Shown here: in pieces, positions 11,884-24,891 of the stretch
How the letters are laid out: each line of letters opens with the position of its first letter
Numbering within the stretch: the first letter of the stretch is position 1
Assembly (NCBI GenBank): GCA_965112155.1
Contig: OZ218100.1
Direction: 5' to 3' (one strand)
Length of the DNA: 64,000 nt
DNA from: Podarcis liolepis
Lineage: Eukaryota
The notes under the pieces: generated by a model
Told to the model about the DNA's origin: nothing
Database searches by the model: none
Seen by the model: the letters and a program-made list of their open reading frames with translations, nothing else
Translations under genes and position numbers: made by a program

Positions 11884-12998
11884 CTGTAAATAGGAATTGT
11901 TTGACATAATGAAGGATACTGTACTTAGAAAATAGCATCAAGTTATTAATCTAGCCCATAAACAGGGAGAGGGGGAGAGATGCAGAATCTGAACAGCAAA
12001 CACTAAGAATCAGCAAACTTTATTAACCCTGGCAATATGGAATTTGGTTTGAGAAGGAAAGTGGGATGGAATGACAGCAAAGTGTAAAAAGAGAAACTAT
12101 CTCTTAGCAATATCATCACCCTTCTAATTGCAAACTCAGGTGGTGAATGAAGGCAGGAAATCCCCAAGATTCACAGAAGCACTATATATTAAAACCTAAG
12201 GGGGCAAAACCAAACAAACCCTCAAAGGAGACAATGCTCAGAGCATGCTCAGTAGCTATGGAATACAGAGTGCAGCTGGAAAAGAAAAACAAAACACAGC
12301 GTGGGAAGAGTGGAATGGCCAGTTTGGAGGGAACTGCTGAGAGAACCCTGAACAGGGTCACTCCTTTGGGCGAAATGAGAGACTGCACCTTTTTGCTCCA
12401 AGTACCACTTTAAAAAATCTAATGCGGATGTGAACAACTTGGATTTGTGAATTTCTTTCTTCATTCTAGGAAGCCAGGCCTGTTGTATGTGCAGTACAAT
12501 ACTAAAGAGAGATCTTGGACTTCTGTAGGCCACAAAAAAATCATTCGGCAGTTGGATGGGGAGCTTTTAAGGTTAGATGTGCACTTTTTGCCTCTACCTC
12601 ATGCCTTGTTGAAATCATAGGGTGTGGGGACAACTGTGGGCAGAGAATGGTGTAAAGACACATCATTCTGCCTGCTGCGTTTATCCGGCAAACACCATTT
12701 TGCAGAGAAGTGTGCTCTTCGGTATGTAGGGCCCCCTCTTTTAAACAAATGGGGAACCTTTTGGTGGGTGTTGGTGGGTGAAATTTTTGCTTCCACACAT
12801 GCAAGCAACTTCTGCATCTGCACAAAAGTCTTGGGGTTATAATGCGGATTGATGCGTGCCAGATGTAAGAAAGTGTTCGATATCAGATAAGATGAAAACA
12901 TAGAAATAGAACAGAAAAGCAATGAAGATTGCAGGAGAACAGAAAGTTGTAACAACAACACCCAAGCAATATCAAATGCCATCAAATGTGCCATGTAC

Positions 12999-15686
12999 CT
13001 CCAATGGATGCAGGCGCTTCCCTAAGCCCACTTCATAACTCTCTTCAAGCCTGGAACTGAGGAGTTTGCCGTCTCTCAATTTATCTATTTCTGAAATTCT
13101 TGTGATAGGGTTGCTCTTATCAACCGTTATCTCAAACTCTGTGCTTGTCTGGGAAACATATTCGGCATAGGACTGTTGACTTATTCCATTTTCCAGTTGG
13201 TGGGTTACTCCGGACAACTGGAATGGCTTCTCTCGTTGCAATGAATCAGTGGCAACTGTTTGCAACTTCTGTGCAACCAGCGGTTCAGATTTGCAACTTG
13301 AGCCACTTAGGTGTCTCCTTCTTAATAAAGGAGATGTGGTCGTACAGAGGTTAATATGTTCAAAATCTCTTGGGGAGGTGTCTCCCAAGTAACTAAACCC
13401 ATTTCCCTTCCACCCAAAGTCTAACTGGATGTTCCTTTTGTTGATCTCATTCTGAAACCAACGCAGCTGATTGCCGTGATCTCTTTTCTGCAGGTCTATT
13501 TGGTGCTTCAAGTTCTCTACTGTCCGCCTCTGCATTTGCAACTCTTCTTCCATTTTGCGGTATTTCTGCACATACTCCATTTCTGCATGCTTGCCTTGCT
13601 GAAGCTGCTCACGGGATTTCTGAAGTCTGTCTTGCAGGTCTTCAATTTGAAGTTTATACATTCTAATGTTGTCTTGAGCCATGTGGTTTTCTTGCTGCAG
13701 GGTGATGCATTCCATCCTGATACCAGATATGTCATTTTCCGCTATGTTGTGAGTTTCCAAGAGTTTTTCAAATTTCTTCCTAAACTCTTCCGCAGAATGC
13801 TTGAACGCAATTGATTCTTCCTGAAGTAAAGCCACATTTTGGCGTGCCATTTGTTCCTCCAAGGTCTTCTGATGCAAGTCATCTTGCAGCTTCTTCATCT
13901 TGCTATTGAGCTCATGAATATGGGACTGCTGCTGCTGGACCTTCTGCTCGTTCATCTTCATTTCCATAGTGAATGTGCTCATCTGAGTACGTAGATTTCT
14001 TATTTCCATCTCTGCATTCATGTTATAAGCATTGTCCCTGTCACATTTCTGCTTAAATTCACCAGCTAATTCTTTTGCTTTTATTAGCTCATCTTCTAAT
14101 CTCTTGATGTGATCCAAGTGCTCCTGCTCAAGTATTATCTGTTTGTGCAGTTGTTCATTTGTGATACGTAGTTGCTCTTTGAAACCTTCAGCCAGGGCTT
14201 TTAATTCATCATTTTTTCTGTCAATAATTTGTCTTTCAAGAATTATCTTCTCTGAATCAGTCCGGACTTCAGTCATCATTATTTTGGTCTCGCTGTTCCA
14301 TCTAGAAAGCTCCTCAACCTTCTGTTTTAACTTTTCCACTAAGTGATTGCTATCTGCTAAATCATCTTTCAGTCTTTGAATTTTCAGGTGGTTTTCTTTT
14401 TCTTCTCTTGTCTTTTGAAGGAATTGTTCCTGCATTTTTTTTAACTGTTCTTGTAGGCTGGTTGCTTCCCCTCTGCTTGAAACAGTTCTCTGTTCAGCTG
14501 CCATTTTTTCTTGCTGAAGAGAAGTGATTTGGGAATGCAATTGCTGAATAGTAATTCCAGTGTGTGTGTGTGTCCTAGCCAACTCTTCCAGCTCCATCTT
14601 TAACAGTGCCTTCTCCTTCTGAAGTGACCTCAGCTCTTCTTGATACTTCATATTTATTTTCTTCAGATCCATGGCTTCTTGCATTACCTCTTCAGCTTTG
14701 CCTGTGGTTTTCTGCAGCTGCCTGTCAAGCTCCTTCAGCTGCTCCAAGTATCCTTGCTCTACCAGCTCTTTCTGATCCAGCTCTACTTTAAGGCGCCTGA
14801 GAGAATTATTGGCATCATCCAGTTTTTCTTTCAGTAAGCGAGCCTTTTCTTCAGCAGACGCATTCTGCAGTTCAAGTTCACACAGTTCGTATTTTAGGTC
14901 TTTGATGGTTTTCTCGGACTTTTTGTTGGCAAATGTTAGCTCATCCACCAGTTGCTGGAATTCCTCAATGTTTTTCAGTTCTTGCTTTTCTCTGAAAATG
15001 TCTGAACCTGTTGGCAACAGAGTTTCTTGTCCTATTATAGTAATTTGCCTTCTGACTTCAGTTATTTCCTTTTCTCTGCACTTGCTTTTCACCAGACTAC
15101 CTTGAAACTCCATGTCTTGTTCCATTTCCTTAATGAGTTTCACAAGTTTCTCTTCTTCAGCAGTCTTCTTCCTCAGCTCCTCCATCAGTGCTTTCTTTTG
15201 CTGCTCTAAATCTTGAAGATTGGTGTCCTTCCTTCTTAACTTATCTTCAAGAGCGTCTCTAGCCACAGCAGTTTCCTCTAGCTGCATTCTGAAAGCTCTG
15301 AACTTTTCTTCAACCATACTTCTCTGAGCCTCAGTCTTCAAAGCGAGCTGCTTCACACGCTCCAATTCCTGCTCTGCGTCTTCTTTCTCTTTAAGAGCAT
15401 CCTCTAGTTCCATGCAATAGCGCTTTGCTTCTTGCTCAGCCTTGGCTTTCTGGAGAGAAATCTCCTCCATTTTTGTCTGCTGCTTCTTCATTTCTTTCTC
15501 TGCATCGGCCTTTGCTTTTGGAAGTTCTACTTCCAACTGGAACTTCTGTTTCCTCAATTCATCCAACATCTCCTCAAGCTCGTTTATCCTCTCCATAAGT
15601 TTTTTGTTCTCACTCATTACTTCTTTTTGCTGCTGCTCCAGATCAGAATATTCACCACGTACTAGTGCCTCCTTATTCTTCAGGAT
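12999..15686 (-). CDS. DST: BPAG1e coiled-coil rod exon (exon 23 of the epithelial isoform)
   Basis: tggcag|ATC at 15686, GAG|gtacat at 12999; 2688 nt = 896 codons, phase 0/0; E/K/Q/L heptad-rich, ends ...YVSQTSTEFEITVDKSNPITRISEI...HPLE. Confidence 0.95.
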
Positions 15687-18290
15687 CTGCCAAAAAAATA
15701 AGGCAACAAGAAACATTGAAATCCATTCTTTTAAAACGTTAGGTAATGTTGTAATGTTAAAATGCACAGTTGCAAATACTTACAAACTTCAACTACAGCA
15801 TGTCAGCAGCACAGACTGAGGGATTCCCACCACCACTGTCACCATCAGAAAGGGACCGTTAGTTAGAGTAAAGAGAAAGCTGCATGAAGGAATCCACCAG
15901 CTGAAGTCCTCAAGAAGAATCCCTTTGCTTTCAGGATAAGAGTTGTTTCATAGGTTGAAGGTGATGCCCAGAAGCTCACTTGCATGAGTCCTTGCTTAAA
16001 AGCTACAGAGCAACTTCTCAGCAAAACACACCATGCAAGAAAAAAGCACTTCCTCATTTGATGGTTAGTTGAATAAGAAGAGGAGAGCGTTTTAGTGTAA
16101 AACATGATACAATCAGCAAGAAACCACATTTAATTAGCCATGTCCTTCAACAATAGTTATTTAGGCTCTGAACATAATGCTCTTTCTTTTAACAAAAGAC
16201 TAGCACAACGTTACAGTATCATTAACTCACCAAGACATACTAATGCAAAGGCAGCTTTATTTCCTTCTGGATTGAATTTAATTCTTTCTAACTATTGCTG
16301 TTAAATGAGATTTTATTTTCCAGTAGATGTATAAATGCAACATCTACTGGTATATAACACAAACCACAAGATACTTGGAAACACCAATGCTAAAGATCAT
16401 TAAAATGTAATAATTTAATTATCTCCCCGCCCACTAATCCTGATCAGCAAAACAAGTTGTCAGCTGGGAGGTTTCTGTAGCTGATGTTGCTACATAAATG
16501 AATAAAAGGAATGATTATGCAAATCAACAGCTTAGCAGTTTGTTTAAATATTGCAACTCCATTGAATCAGTTTTAAATCAATTTTCGCACCGCACAAAGA
16601 CATATTTAAGTTTCAAGTGATGATTAGGAATGATTTTGAAGTTGAATTTATTTCTATAACACTATTATATTTGTTATGATTGCCTCTGATTTTCAATACA
16701 ACTATGTACCTCTTTCTTTTTTATTTCTTCCTTTTGGCCTATGCTTTCTCTGCACATTCTCGATTCAAAAACTGGCTGTTCGTTTCCTGTGTTTCCATAC
16801 TTTGTTCTCCTGACATCCTCTCTCAGTTTATGATTTTTGTCTTCTTCGAGTAGCTTTGAATGGTCATGTACATCTTTATGCAGCACTGACTCAGCTAGAA
16901 AAAACCCTTCCTTTTTTAAAAAAACATATCCACTTCCATCTCTACATTTTCTTTGTGAACACCAGTGAATAGAGTGGTCAAAGCACCGACAACATTCTGT
17001 GTCAAACTCTCAGCATTTGAAGATTGCAAGAAAGGGTATCTTCAATTTTTTCCTTTCTTGGTTCATGTCCAAATTACCCTTCCTCAAAATTATTTTGCTT
17101 TGGGAACTGGCCAGCACTACATCACTATTTATTTGAATAACATAACAACACTGAATTCATATTTTGGTTGATGTTGCTTTGCATCATACCACAATTTAGT
17201 TCATACACTTTTAGACTATGCTGTATAACTGTGTTTTCTACTGTGTAAACCTTTGAAACAGCACAGAAACAAGTTGTGCTTCCTTGGCCTTCAACATTTA
17301 TTTTCTTTGGAATTTGTACAGTCTTTCTTGTGGGGTAGCTGTTCTAAAATTGCTGCTATCTAGAGACATATTATGTAATGTATTAGTAGTATTCACCTGT
17401 CAGAAGGACACGTGTCTTAATTGTTGCTGCATTGTCTTACTGATTCCTTCCTTGGTTTTAAATTGCTTAGGGCAGTTTTGCAACAATGGCTAACAATTCA
17501 CCAGCTTGAATATTCTCTTCCACCTTTATCAGTACACTGTGAGAATATTTTTCAAAGTCTTTATTCAGGTTCTCAGGGTGCAACCTTTCTGAAAGGCAAG
17601 TGGGTTGTTGAATTGGGCTAATTCCCATGGGATAATGCCCTGCCTTCAAACTTCTATTCTTTATTCTCATCACAGGCTCAGAATTAGTTTTCCCATGTAC
17701 TCTTGCTCTCTCCTTCAGTGAAATAGATCATTTAAATTTCTCCTCCGTTTCATCAGCAACATGCACTGCCTCCACTGGCAGCTTTGTCTGCCTGCCATTT
17801 TTATTTGCAGACTGAATAGAAAACTCTTTTCTGAATTGGCCTTGTTCAATACTATACATCACAGGAACTATTGAGATATCTTTGATTGCATGCAGATGCC
17901 TCCCTTTGCCATACTTCCCAACCCTGTCCATCCTGTCATCACTACTTAGACTACTATCAAATCCAGCTGCTAAGTTGAAAGCACGGTGAGAGAGCTTATA
18001 AGCCAATAAATATAAAGGTATTTTACAAGTTTCTCAGTACCTTAGGGAAATTCTCATATAGAACCAATATCCTGCAACAGAATTTTAGCAAACTAAAGTA
18101 GTAAAAATAGTAAGGACAATGACAGCGGATAATTTCAGGTCAGTCTTGGTGTTCACTGGATACGTGATGTCAACCTTCATTTTATATCTAGAGAGTACGT
18201 AAGGAGTTCACATCATCTATCCTTATACTTAAAAAAGTATAGCTGTCTTAGTGGTTTTACCATCCCTTTGAAAGTTATCTGCTGACTTAC

Positions 18291-18389
18291 CTCTTCCTCC
18301 TCCAGCCTTTTGAGAGAGTCACCAGCAAACTTTATATACTGAGTCATCAAGGTCACCAAAGCTGTGTAGCGTGTTCGTAAGTCCATAAA
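18291..18389 (-). CDS. DST: Dystonin last plakin-domain exon [33 protein letters not shown] (isoform branch point)
   Basis: ttgcag|TTT ... GAG|gtaagt; 99 nt. Confidence 0.96.
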
Positions 18390-19220
18390 CTGCAATGAAA
18401 CAGAGGAACAGTACTGATCCATGCTGAAATGGAGTGTCTTAAATTTATTTACTTTTATATAGAACAAATAAAGTTACAAGATGATTTCTGAAACAAAAAT
18501 GCACTGCGTCTTCCTAAATCATAATATACAAAACACATTAGAAAGATTACCCTGAGTCCAACAGATTCTTAGAAGAATCAGTGTAACAAACAGAGTGTTG
18601 AGAGGAGTTGACTTCTGTCTGCTTTGGGGGTAGCGGGTGTGGAGGGGCTCTTAAGAATGAAAGATGAAGGACCAAATTCATCATGGGATTAACCTCCTAA
18701 CCCCTCACGCCTTAAATCATTTATTTTATGAATTATTGAATGCAATGAATCCCAACACATTTTTCTGTATGAAGCAGGGACATCATTCAGTATGTTATAT
18801 TAGAAAAGGATGCTTCAGGGTCCCGAAAAGTCATGAGGGTTACAGCCATATAAAGGAACATAACCCTTCGTATATCATTCTGTAACTCTTTGTGTTCTGG
18901 CTATCATTCACAGAGTCTGTGATTATATTGCACTTAATCTATCGATTGCACTTAATCTCTAGCTTGCTGATGGGTGAGCTTGCAAACTCTAGAACAAAGA
19001 AATGTCTATTTGCAGCCTCATTTCATTAACAGCCAGGGATAGGTTCCAAACGCTGGTCATTTTGTTGTACTTTTACCCTATGGTCACCAGTATCCATTTT
19101 AATCTAAGTTCTTTAGATCCTTTAAATCTAAAGAACTCCCTACCTACACTGAACTTCTAAATTGCCGTGATTTTGGGTTTTCCATTTACAAATCCTCATT
19201 AACTCTTTTGGACACATTAA

Positions 19221-19415
19221 TCTACCTTATGCTGAATCAGACCAACTGTTCCGGCCAGTTCAGTACTATCTATGCTGATGAGTAAAAGCTCTCCAAGGTA
19301 CCATCCACCAGATGTTCCTTGTCATGCAACCTGTGATTCCTCTTGCTAGAGATGCCAGTAGTTGAACCTGGAACCTTCTTCATGCAAATCATGTACTCTA
19401 CCTCTGAGCAACCAC
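19221..19415 (-). mobile_element. Diverged tRNA-derived SINE (Squam3-like)
   Basis: Reverse strand gctcagaggtagagtacatgatttgcatgaagaaggttccaggttcaa...ccttggagagc...ggtctgattcagcataaggtag. Confidence 0.7.
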
Positions 19416-19788
19416 CTCTCTCCAGAATCACGGGCACTGGCCACAGTCCATTCCACAACTGCACATTTGCACATTCCACTGAAGTTGATGATATGGAAAC
19501 TGGTGAAACTGTACCCTGGAATAATGTGGTAAACTAATCTATGTAACACTGGCAACTTCAGGTGACTAATGTTTGCCACATTGGGCTCTCTGGCTGGATA
19601 TATTGTCCAAGTAGCTGTAGCCAGACTAGCCGCACCCAAAATGAAGCAGCAGGGTGTAACATGATCAATTACTAGCTTTGTATATTTATACTGAAAGTAT
19701 TTCATGAACGTGGCTCAAAAGCTTTCACAATGCAAAAGTGGAATGTGGGCCATTATAAAGCATTATATATTAAGGCACGTCCAACTAC

Positions 19789-19896
19789 CTCTTGGATAAT
19801 GAAATCAGAGGAGCTCTGCATTCTTCGGCGTTTCACTGGAGATTTTTGCTGGGAGTCAACCATGGCTCTGTATGTCATCGTTTGCAACTCGTAGTC
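19789..19896 (-). CDS. DST: Dystonin plakin exon [36 protein letters not shown] (contains PVKRRR nuclear localisation signal motif)
   Basis: ctgcag|GAC ... GAG|gtagtt; 108 nt. Confidence 0.96.
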
Positions 19897-20618
19897 CTGC
19901 AGAAAATAAATGGAAATAGGTAAACCTGTAAGCTACTTGTTCCATACTAGGAGTCTTTCAAGTGCCGCATAAATTCATCTGAGTACTAAGGACTATGGGT
20001 GATATCCAATGGCGACTGGTCTGCTGACAGAAGGGGATCTGTCAGGAGAACTGGGAAGAAGGCAATTTTAGGCAATCCCCCTATAGCATTCGATCTGGAC
20101 AGTTCCAGATCCCCCTCTAGATCTGGACAGTTGGAAGGTGGGGAACACCTTCCAGAACAGATTTTGAGGGGGAGGGGATGCAAGGTATTGGGAGGGAAAG
20201 ATTACCTCCTGTCAGCTGAGTCACCAGAAGATATCCTGGATATCCTGTGACACTAGGGCAGTGAAGCTGGAGTGTAAAAGACAATGCAGCTGCTATGGAA
20301 CTCACATTAGAACTGGACTGGGAAACAGCAACTTCCCTCAGCTCAACTGGCAGGTTTCATTGATGGTTTTCCATACAAAACCTGTCACTCTGGAAACAGA
20401 GGTAGAGATAGGAAGAATGCCTGCACACAGCTGAACAGGACTACAGGAGATTTCTCTTGGCTTTTCTCTGTTGCTTTGGTGACAGGTAAAGCTGCCACTC
20501 AAGTGGGTAGGTTGGATTGTCTGATTACAGACTACACCCTGCAGCACAGGAGAGGATGGATGGTGGGGTGGCACTGTTCACCTGACCACTGTTCCGTGGT
20601 GCTGTTGCAGTTTAAGAT

Positions 20619-20990
20619 AAAAAAGGTAAAGGACCCCATGACGGTTAAGACCAATCAAAGGCAGCTATGGGATGCAGTGCTCATCTCACTTTCAGGCTGA
20701 GGGAGCCGGTGTTCATCCACAGACAGCTTTCTGGGTCATGTGGGCAGCAGGACTAAACTGCTTCTGGTGCAATGGAACACTGCAACGGAAACCAGAGCGC
20801 ACATAAATGCTGTTTACCTTCCCACCGCAGATATACCTATTTATCTACTTGCACTGGCATGCTTTTGAACTGCTAGGTTGGCAGGAGCTGGAACAGAGCA
20901 ATGGGAGCTCACCCTGTCGCGGGGATTCAAACCACTGACCTTCTGATCGGCAAGCCCAAGAGGCTCAGTGGTTTAGACCACAGCGCTACT
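20619..20990 (-). mobile_element. Sauria SINE (Squam1)
   Basis: aaaggtaaagg tail, acctatttatctacttgcac, ttttgaactgctaggttggcagg, ggattcaaacc box B, accacagcgc 5' end. Confidence 0.92.
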
Positions 20991-21262
20991 ACAAGATATA
21001 GGGGCAAGGTAAAGCGAGGTGGCAGCAAGGTCAGCATTTTGCAAATGCACTGGAAGGAGCACTGGATTCCCTATGCTAGAGGTCGCCCTGGCCCACTACT
21101 GCTGCCAGCACCCACTGACACAATGCAGCCTAACAATGTGGATTGGAGCAGCAGCTGTGGCAGGAACAGCAACATGTGAAGAACATGATGCTGAACAATG
21201 CTCACATTTCCACAAAGAAATTAAAAAAGAATAATAACTGTGCACAGAAGTTATAGTTTTAC

Positions 21263-21346
21263 CTTTACTGCAGCTGAATACTGCTCTGAGTGCTTCTGGC
21301 ATTCATCTAGCTTGTTTTGTTTCGTCTCTATTTCCGATACTAGCAC
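21263..21346 (-). CDS. DST: Dystonin plakin exon [28 protein letters not shown]
   Basis: ttacag|GTG ... AAG|gtaaaa; 84 nt. Confidence 0.94.
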
Positions 21347-21817
21347 CTGTAAAATAAACAAGAGAATTTTAGTATGTAACAGTATCAACCTATGCAACTT
21401 CCCCCATCCTAAAGGCTAGTGTTCTACTTGTTTTTGAAACATACTAGACTGAAAACTTGAAAGTTGTGTTTATGTATAAAAACTTAGCATGAAAGTCTGT
21501 TTCCCTGTGGTCCTCTTTATAAATTACCTTTGGCTCTACAAGAAAAATGGAAGGGGGGTAACGTTGCCCCTCAACCAACATATGCAGAAACACACTAGAT
21601 TATTAATAATGTAAGATACAGAGGTATATCCAGTACACTGCTTTAAAGGGAAAATTTCTTATTAGCTGAACTGAAACTGGCTGTCTTTAGCTTAGTTATT
21701 AATTCTTTACATCTAAGCCCTAGAACAAAACCTGCATGTTATAAGTGGATATTTGTTATCAGCTCACTACAGAAAGGTGGCGTATAAACAAATTAAATCA
21801 ATCAATCAAGCTTTTAC

Positions 21818-21980
21818 CTTTTGCTGGTTTAGCTGTTTGGCCAGAGCTTTACTGTTTTGAGGTGGGTTTTCCTGGAACCTCTGCTGAGTTTCTTCAACTT
21901 GCTTGATCCAGTTATCTAGTGTACCATATGTATCCCTGTAGTACTTTAGGGATTTATTGATAGCTTCTAAGTCACGCAAC
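21818..21980 (-). CDS. DST: Dystonin plakin exon (R)[18 protein letters not shown]...LNQQK
   Basis: aaccag|G TTG ... AAG|gtaaaa; 163 nt, phase 2 to 0. Confidence 0.95.
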
Positions 21981-22069
21981 CTGGTTGAGTGAAAAGCAAG
22001 CTGTTTCAGTGAGGAAGAACAAACTAGTAGCAATGACAATAAAGAACTAACCATCATCACCACCAGCAA

Positions 22070-22247
22070 CCTTACAATAACCTTGTAAGGGCAAGTCAGT
22101 ATTATTATTCCCCCCCATAATAAAGATCTTTGGGGTGGGTACTAAGTCTGAAACAGAACAGAGATTGCCTAAGGCTACACAGTAAGTTCAGGGCAAAGGT
22201 GAAATTAGAAATTTCTGGTTTGTAGCTCAGCGCTAGGCTACACCACT
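22070..22247 (-). mobile_element. Old MIR/CORE-like SINE
   Basis: cttacaataaccttgtaag...ttgcctaaggctacacag...ctacacca. Confidence 0.55.
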
Positions 22248-22558
22248 TCATAAACAGCTGGCTGTCAGAAGCCATCATTCGGCTAGATGTCCTTTTCTCA
22301 GGGTTTCTCCTGCAAACCTTCAGAATGAAAGGCTTTGCCAATTTCATAAAAAAGGAACTCTCTGAGTTCTTTTTAATTTCCATGCCTTTTTTGAGGAGCT
22401 CACAGTTATCAAGAAATGTATTAGTTCTGAGGAATACATGCCAAAGAACACACATTCCTGGGTTCATAAAGCTCCAGGCAACCTTCTATCTCTCTATCAA
22501 ACACCCCTTCATCTTTATAGGAAGCCAGATGTCTCTCCCTGTGTTCGTTATTTCAAAG

Positions 22559-22563
<5 letters not shown>

Positions 22564-22594
<31 letters not shown>
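22564..22594. repeat. (CT)n microsatellite
   Basis: Directly visible, about 15 units. Confidence 0.95.
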
Positions 22595-22598
<4 letters not shown>

Positions 22599-22993
22599 GT
22601 CTCTATCTACAAGTTCCTCATTTCAAATGCCAGGCATTGAAAAATAAGTGAATCCCCTGCCACAATAACCTCCAGATTTAGACAAGGATGCTTACATGTA
22701 CCAGTGTATTTTAGACATAAAAAGCTACTCAGGGTGACCACTAGAGGGAAGTTACCGTATGCAGAATTCAGCAGAAGCTTAAAAAACAAAAGGAAAAACG
22801 GAGCAGTCACATTCCATGTCCTGAAACAGTATTCCTCAGTTGCAAAACTTCAGGATTAGAATGTGGAGAAAAGACTCACTTTAGAATAAATTCCCAATTC
22901 TTCATATGCTGACTAAATCCATGGTCGTTAGGGAAAAACAGGTACCTAGTCTATTACAAAAGTCTTTATAGAAAAGGGCCTTGCAATCCACAG

Positions 22994-22994
<1 letters not shown>

Positions 22995-23038
<44 letters not shown>

Positions 23039-23042
23039 TAAT
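22995..23042. repeat. (AAT)n microsatellite
   Basis: Directly visible, about 16 units with one interruption. Confidence 0.95.
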
Positions 23043-23569
23043 GAACTTTTTTCCTGCAGTTTTCAAGTTTGAGGCAGAAAGAGAAGAAGAAAAGTGAAAC
23101 ATTATGTGGTAATTACGATAACTGCAATCCTAAAAACTGACCCGTGGTCTACTGTTGTCTACCACTTGGGACGCCCCCGCAGAAAGCTGAACTGTGGAAA
23201 GTGAGGCAGTGGAAATACTGTTGCCATCAGTGCTCCCAACAGCAGTACCCAGTTAAGACACTGAAACAGAGCATTTTGAGAGCTGGGGCCATGGACCTGC
23301 TCAGTCCTACCTCAATCCATTTCCCCAGCCTGGGCCAGCCTGATACTGGTGCAGCAGGAAGAATAAAAAAACACACACGCTCCTTCACCAACCTTCTGGC
23401 TTGGCCTGGCCTGGCTGAGGCTGTGAGGTAATAGAACCCACACCTCCATATCTCTCTATGGCCCCTCTTGTTCTGTGAGTAGCAATTAGTAAATAATGTG
23501 GGCAATAGTTAAAATGGCTAAGTTTTATACAGCTGAAGAAAAATTATACTGATAACTAGCCAGGGTTTT

Positions 23570-23572
<3 letters not shown>

Positions 23573-23620
<48 letters not shown>
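23573..23620. repeat. (TA)24 microsatellite
   Basis: Directly visible. Confidence 0.95.
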
Positions 23621-23623
<3 letters not shown>

Positions 23624-24891
23624 AGGAGGGTGAACATTTGTAGGGAACAGTCTGTTTACAGTTACAAGCGGCAGTCGACACAAAATCTGTTACCTCTTGT
23701 GCTCAGAGCGCCTGAGTGTTGATGGTGAACTGCCAGCACAGTCAATTAAGCTGTCCGAGAGAGGCAGCATTTGTTTCATGTTTATCTCCCAAGCACGCAG
23801 AAGCATTCTCATTTGCCATAAATAAGGGTACCTTAAACTGTCAGGACAGAAGACTACCCACACAGTGCTGCCTATTGCGAACCCAGTGCTTCTACGACAG
23901 GCATGCTTTCCTGAAGATAGCAAGGACTGAACCAAGGGAATCACAGACGTGCAGTATGTATCTTGCAGAAGCCACAGTGTGGAAGTTGCTTCCCTGTGGC
24001 TTCTTTCCACATCGCAGCAGTAACGTGTGCGCAGGGTCATTGAGGGGGCCACATGGAGGTGACAGCCCTGGGTTTAGTTGGCCCTGCAGCTTCTTGCCCA
24101 CCGGGCAAATCTTTCCATCTCCTTCGCTCTTAGAGAAAAGCAGGGAGGTGGAGGCAAAGAATCCCAGTGCCAATACTAAAGACGCAGCAAAAGAAAGTAA
24201 AAATTAAGCGAGAGGGAAAGAAAGGGGAGGAGAGACTGTTGCTACTAACAGAAGCTGAAAAACAACAAAAAGTAAGCCTTAGGAGGAGGTGCAGAGAAAT
24301 GTGCTTACTGAGGGTTTGCTTCATATGCAGTGTGTAAGTTTACTGTCAATGCACTGGTAGCAGTTGGATGGATTTGTACAATGGTGGAACTGAGTGTAAA
24401 ACAGGAATACTTCCACATGCTTGGTGAACCAGTAGCTGGTTTCCCACATATTAAGTGGCGACTCTCCACAGGGAGACTGAAATGGAGCCACGGCCACCAC
24501 TGGGCCAGGCAGGGGGTAGGTGAAGGCAACAAGGAGCCCAAACAGTGAGATTTGTCCGGCTCCACACACTTCCCTAGGGATGGCCTTGCGTGTGCATGAA
24601 GGAACCATATTCACTGCTCAGTGTTCCTTCATATATATGTTATGGGAGCTGTCTTGGAAGAAGCCCTCCTGTCAAAATGACCAAACCAGAGAAGTTTTAT
24701 CTTCTTTATTTCTTTCTCTCCTCAGTTACGCTGTACATGATGGTTGAGACCTCCTGAAGGAAATTACCTGAAAACACCTAAAATTAACATTTGGACACTC
24801 TGCCAAAACTCCAAGACCAACATAAGGTAACCCCACACACACCAAAAGAAAGGTTTCACTCTGAAGTTTCTGAAAAGAAAGGAGTACTAAC

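Noticed and set aside
15687-15767. ORF-track N-terminal extensions of the 931-aa and 604-aa ORFs
   Set aside because: Intronic read-through upstream of the true acceptors at 15686 and 11883; these are internal exons, not standalone genes.
13145-15819. Numerous plus-strand ORFs rich in S/F/C/L
   Set aside because: Antisense shadows of the coiled-coil rod exon; the same applies to plus-strand ORFs over 407-1306, 8188-8421 and 11152-11394.
23716-24207. 163-aa plus-strand ORF
   Set aside because: GTG start, no recognisable homology; antisense to the candidate DST exon and likely a shadow of its composition.
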